This document shows, one piece after another, positions 63,710 through 64,000 of a stretch of 64,000 nucleotides of DNA. The notes under the pieces are model-generated. The model did not search any database and was not told where the DNA came from. It worked only from the letters and a program-made list of their open reading frames with translations. Made by a program: the position numbers and the translations under genes. Each line of letters opens with the position of its first letter. Positions within the stretch are counted from its first letter, which is position 1. Origin of the DNA: Bryobacterales bacterium (GTDB lineage Bacteria; Acidobacteriota; Terriglobia; Bryobacterales; Bryobacteraceae); contig CANFEY010000008.1 of NCBI GenBank assembly GCA_947446025.1, forward strand, positions 5,946-69,945. Direction: 5' to 3'.

Positions 63710-63731
63710 ATGGTGTCAGACACCATTTAGG
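63705..63731. repeat. palindromic element CCTAAATGGTGTCAGACACCATTTAGG (copy 3 of 3)
   Basis: Perfect 27-bp palindrome. The left arm holds the TAA stop of the dioxygenase gene (63707-63709). The right arm holds the TAA stop of the convergent minus-strand ORF (63727-63729). Confidence 0.9.
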
Positions 63732-63972
63732 ATCGGCTCCGCCGGGCGGCCAGATGGAGGGCGGCGGCCATGGCGATCCACAGTTGCCAGTGGGACAACA
63801 GACCCTGGGGCGCGTTGTCGCGGGCCATGCCCAAGTCGGCGGCCAGGCGCCAGAAGGCCAAGACGTAGGCCATTACGCAGGCGGGCGTCAGCAGCGGGGC
63901 GCTGGCCAGGAGCAGTTCGCGGCCTTTTTCACCGGGCTGGCGGATTTCCGGAAATCGGACATGCAGCGTCAT
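63727..63972 (-). CDS. small hypothetical membrane protein
   Basis: 81-aa ORF with two hydrophobic helices. Support is weak: size and position only. Confidence 0.35.
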   Translation of the reverse strand: MTLHVRFPEIRQPGEKGRELLLASAPLLTPACVMAYVLAFWRLAADLGMARDNAPQGLLSHWQLWIAMAAALHLAARRSRS

Positions 63973-64000
63973 AAGCCAGTTCAGAGTAACGAAAATTTCA

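Overview
High-GC chromosomal segment with about 65 supportable protein-coding genes. There are no rRNA or tRNA genes, no CRISPR array, and no transposase, integrase or phage structural genes. Gene content suggests an Acidobacteriota (Terriglobia-like) genome; this is inference only. The evidence is giant TonB-dependent receptors ending in ...VVRL(S/T)F, many TIGR03435-like secreted paralogs, and Tat-exported periplasmic oxidoreductases.

Housekeeping genes recognised: smpB, hslR, pepA, lptD, clpX, accC plus a biotin carrier gene, ku-ligD, LPS heptosyltransferases, and bshA/bshB.

Accessory modules:
- a secretin plus two-pseudopilin operon;
- an arsR-arsM-aquaglyceroporin-arsC arsenic operon;
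- an oxalate module (AAE3-like oxalyl-CoA synthetase, PanE-like reductase, OFA-family MFS transporter);
- a periplasmic oxidation cluster (Tat Zn-ADH, Tat TIM-barrel isomerase, cytochrome c, PQQ dehydrogenase);
- three complete type II toxin-antitoxin pairs (AbrB-type antitoxin/Doc, Phd-type antitoxin/VapC, MazF plus partner);
- a tightly coupled 4-gene operon ending in hydroxyquinol 1,2-dioxygenase.

The window also carries an unusual amount of gene decay. Four of five TIGR03435-like copies are degraded, as are a SUMF1/FGE-like gene, a thioredoxin-like gene and one member of a three-copy secreted family.

The observations I rate most worth follow-up:
1. A G13 tract lying exactly in the spacer of a TTGACA/CAGAAT promoter.
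2. Decayed or inserted segments bracketed by diverged duplicates of the ends of neighbouring genes (lptD 5' end, dehydrogenase 3' end).
3. A 21-27 bp perfect palindrome (TAAATGGTGTCWGACACCATTTA) present three times. It donates stop codons to genes on both strands and brackets the dioxygenase operon.
4. A REP-like hairpin translated as part of accC.
5. An AT-richer orphan gene with a degenerate PolB-exonuclease-like pattern and a C-terminal membrane anchor.
6. A ligD whose ligase motif I reads KWYG instead of KxDG.

All family calls come from reading the translated ORFs; no database search was run.
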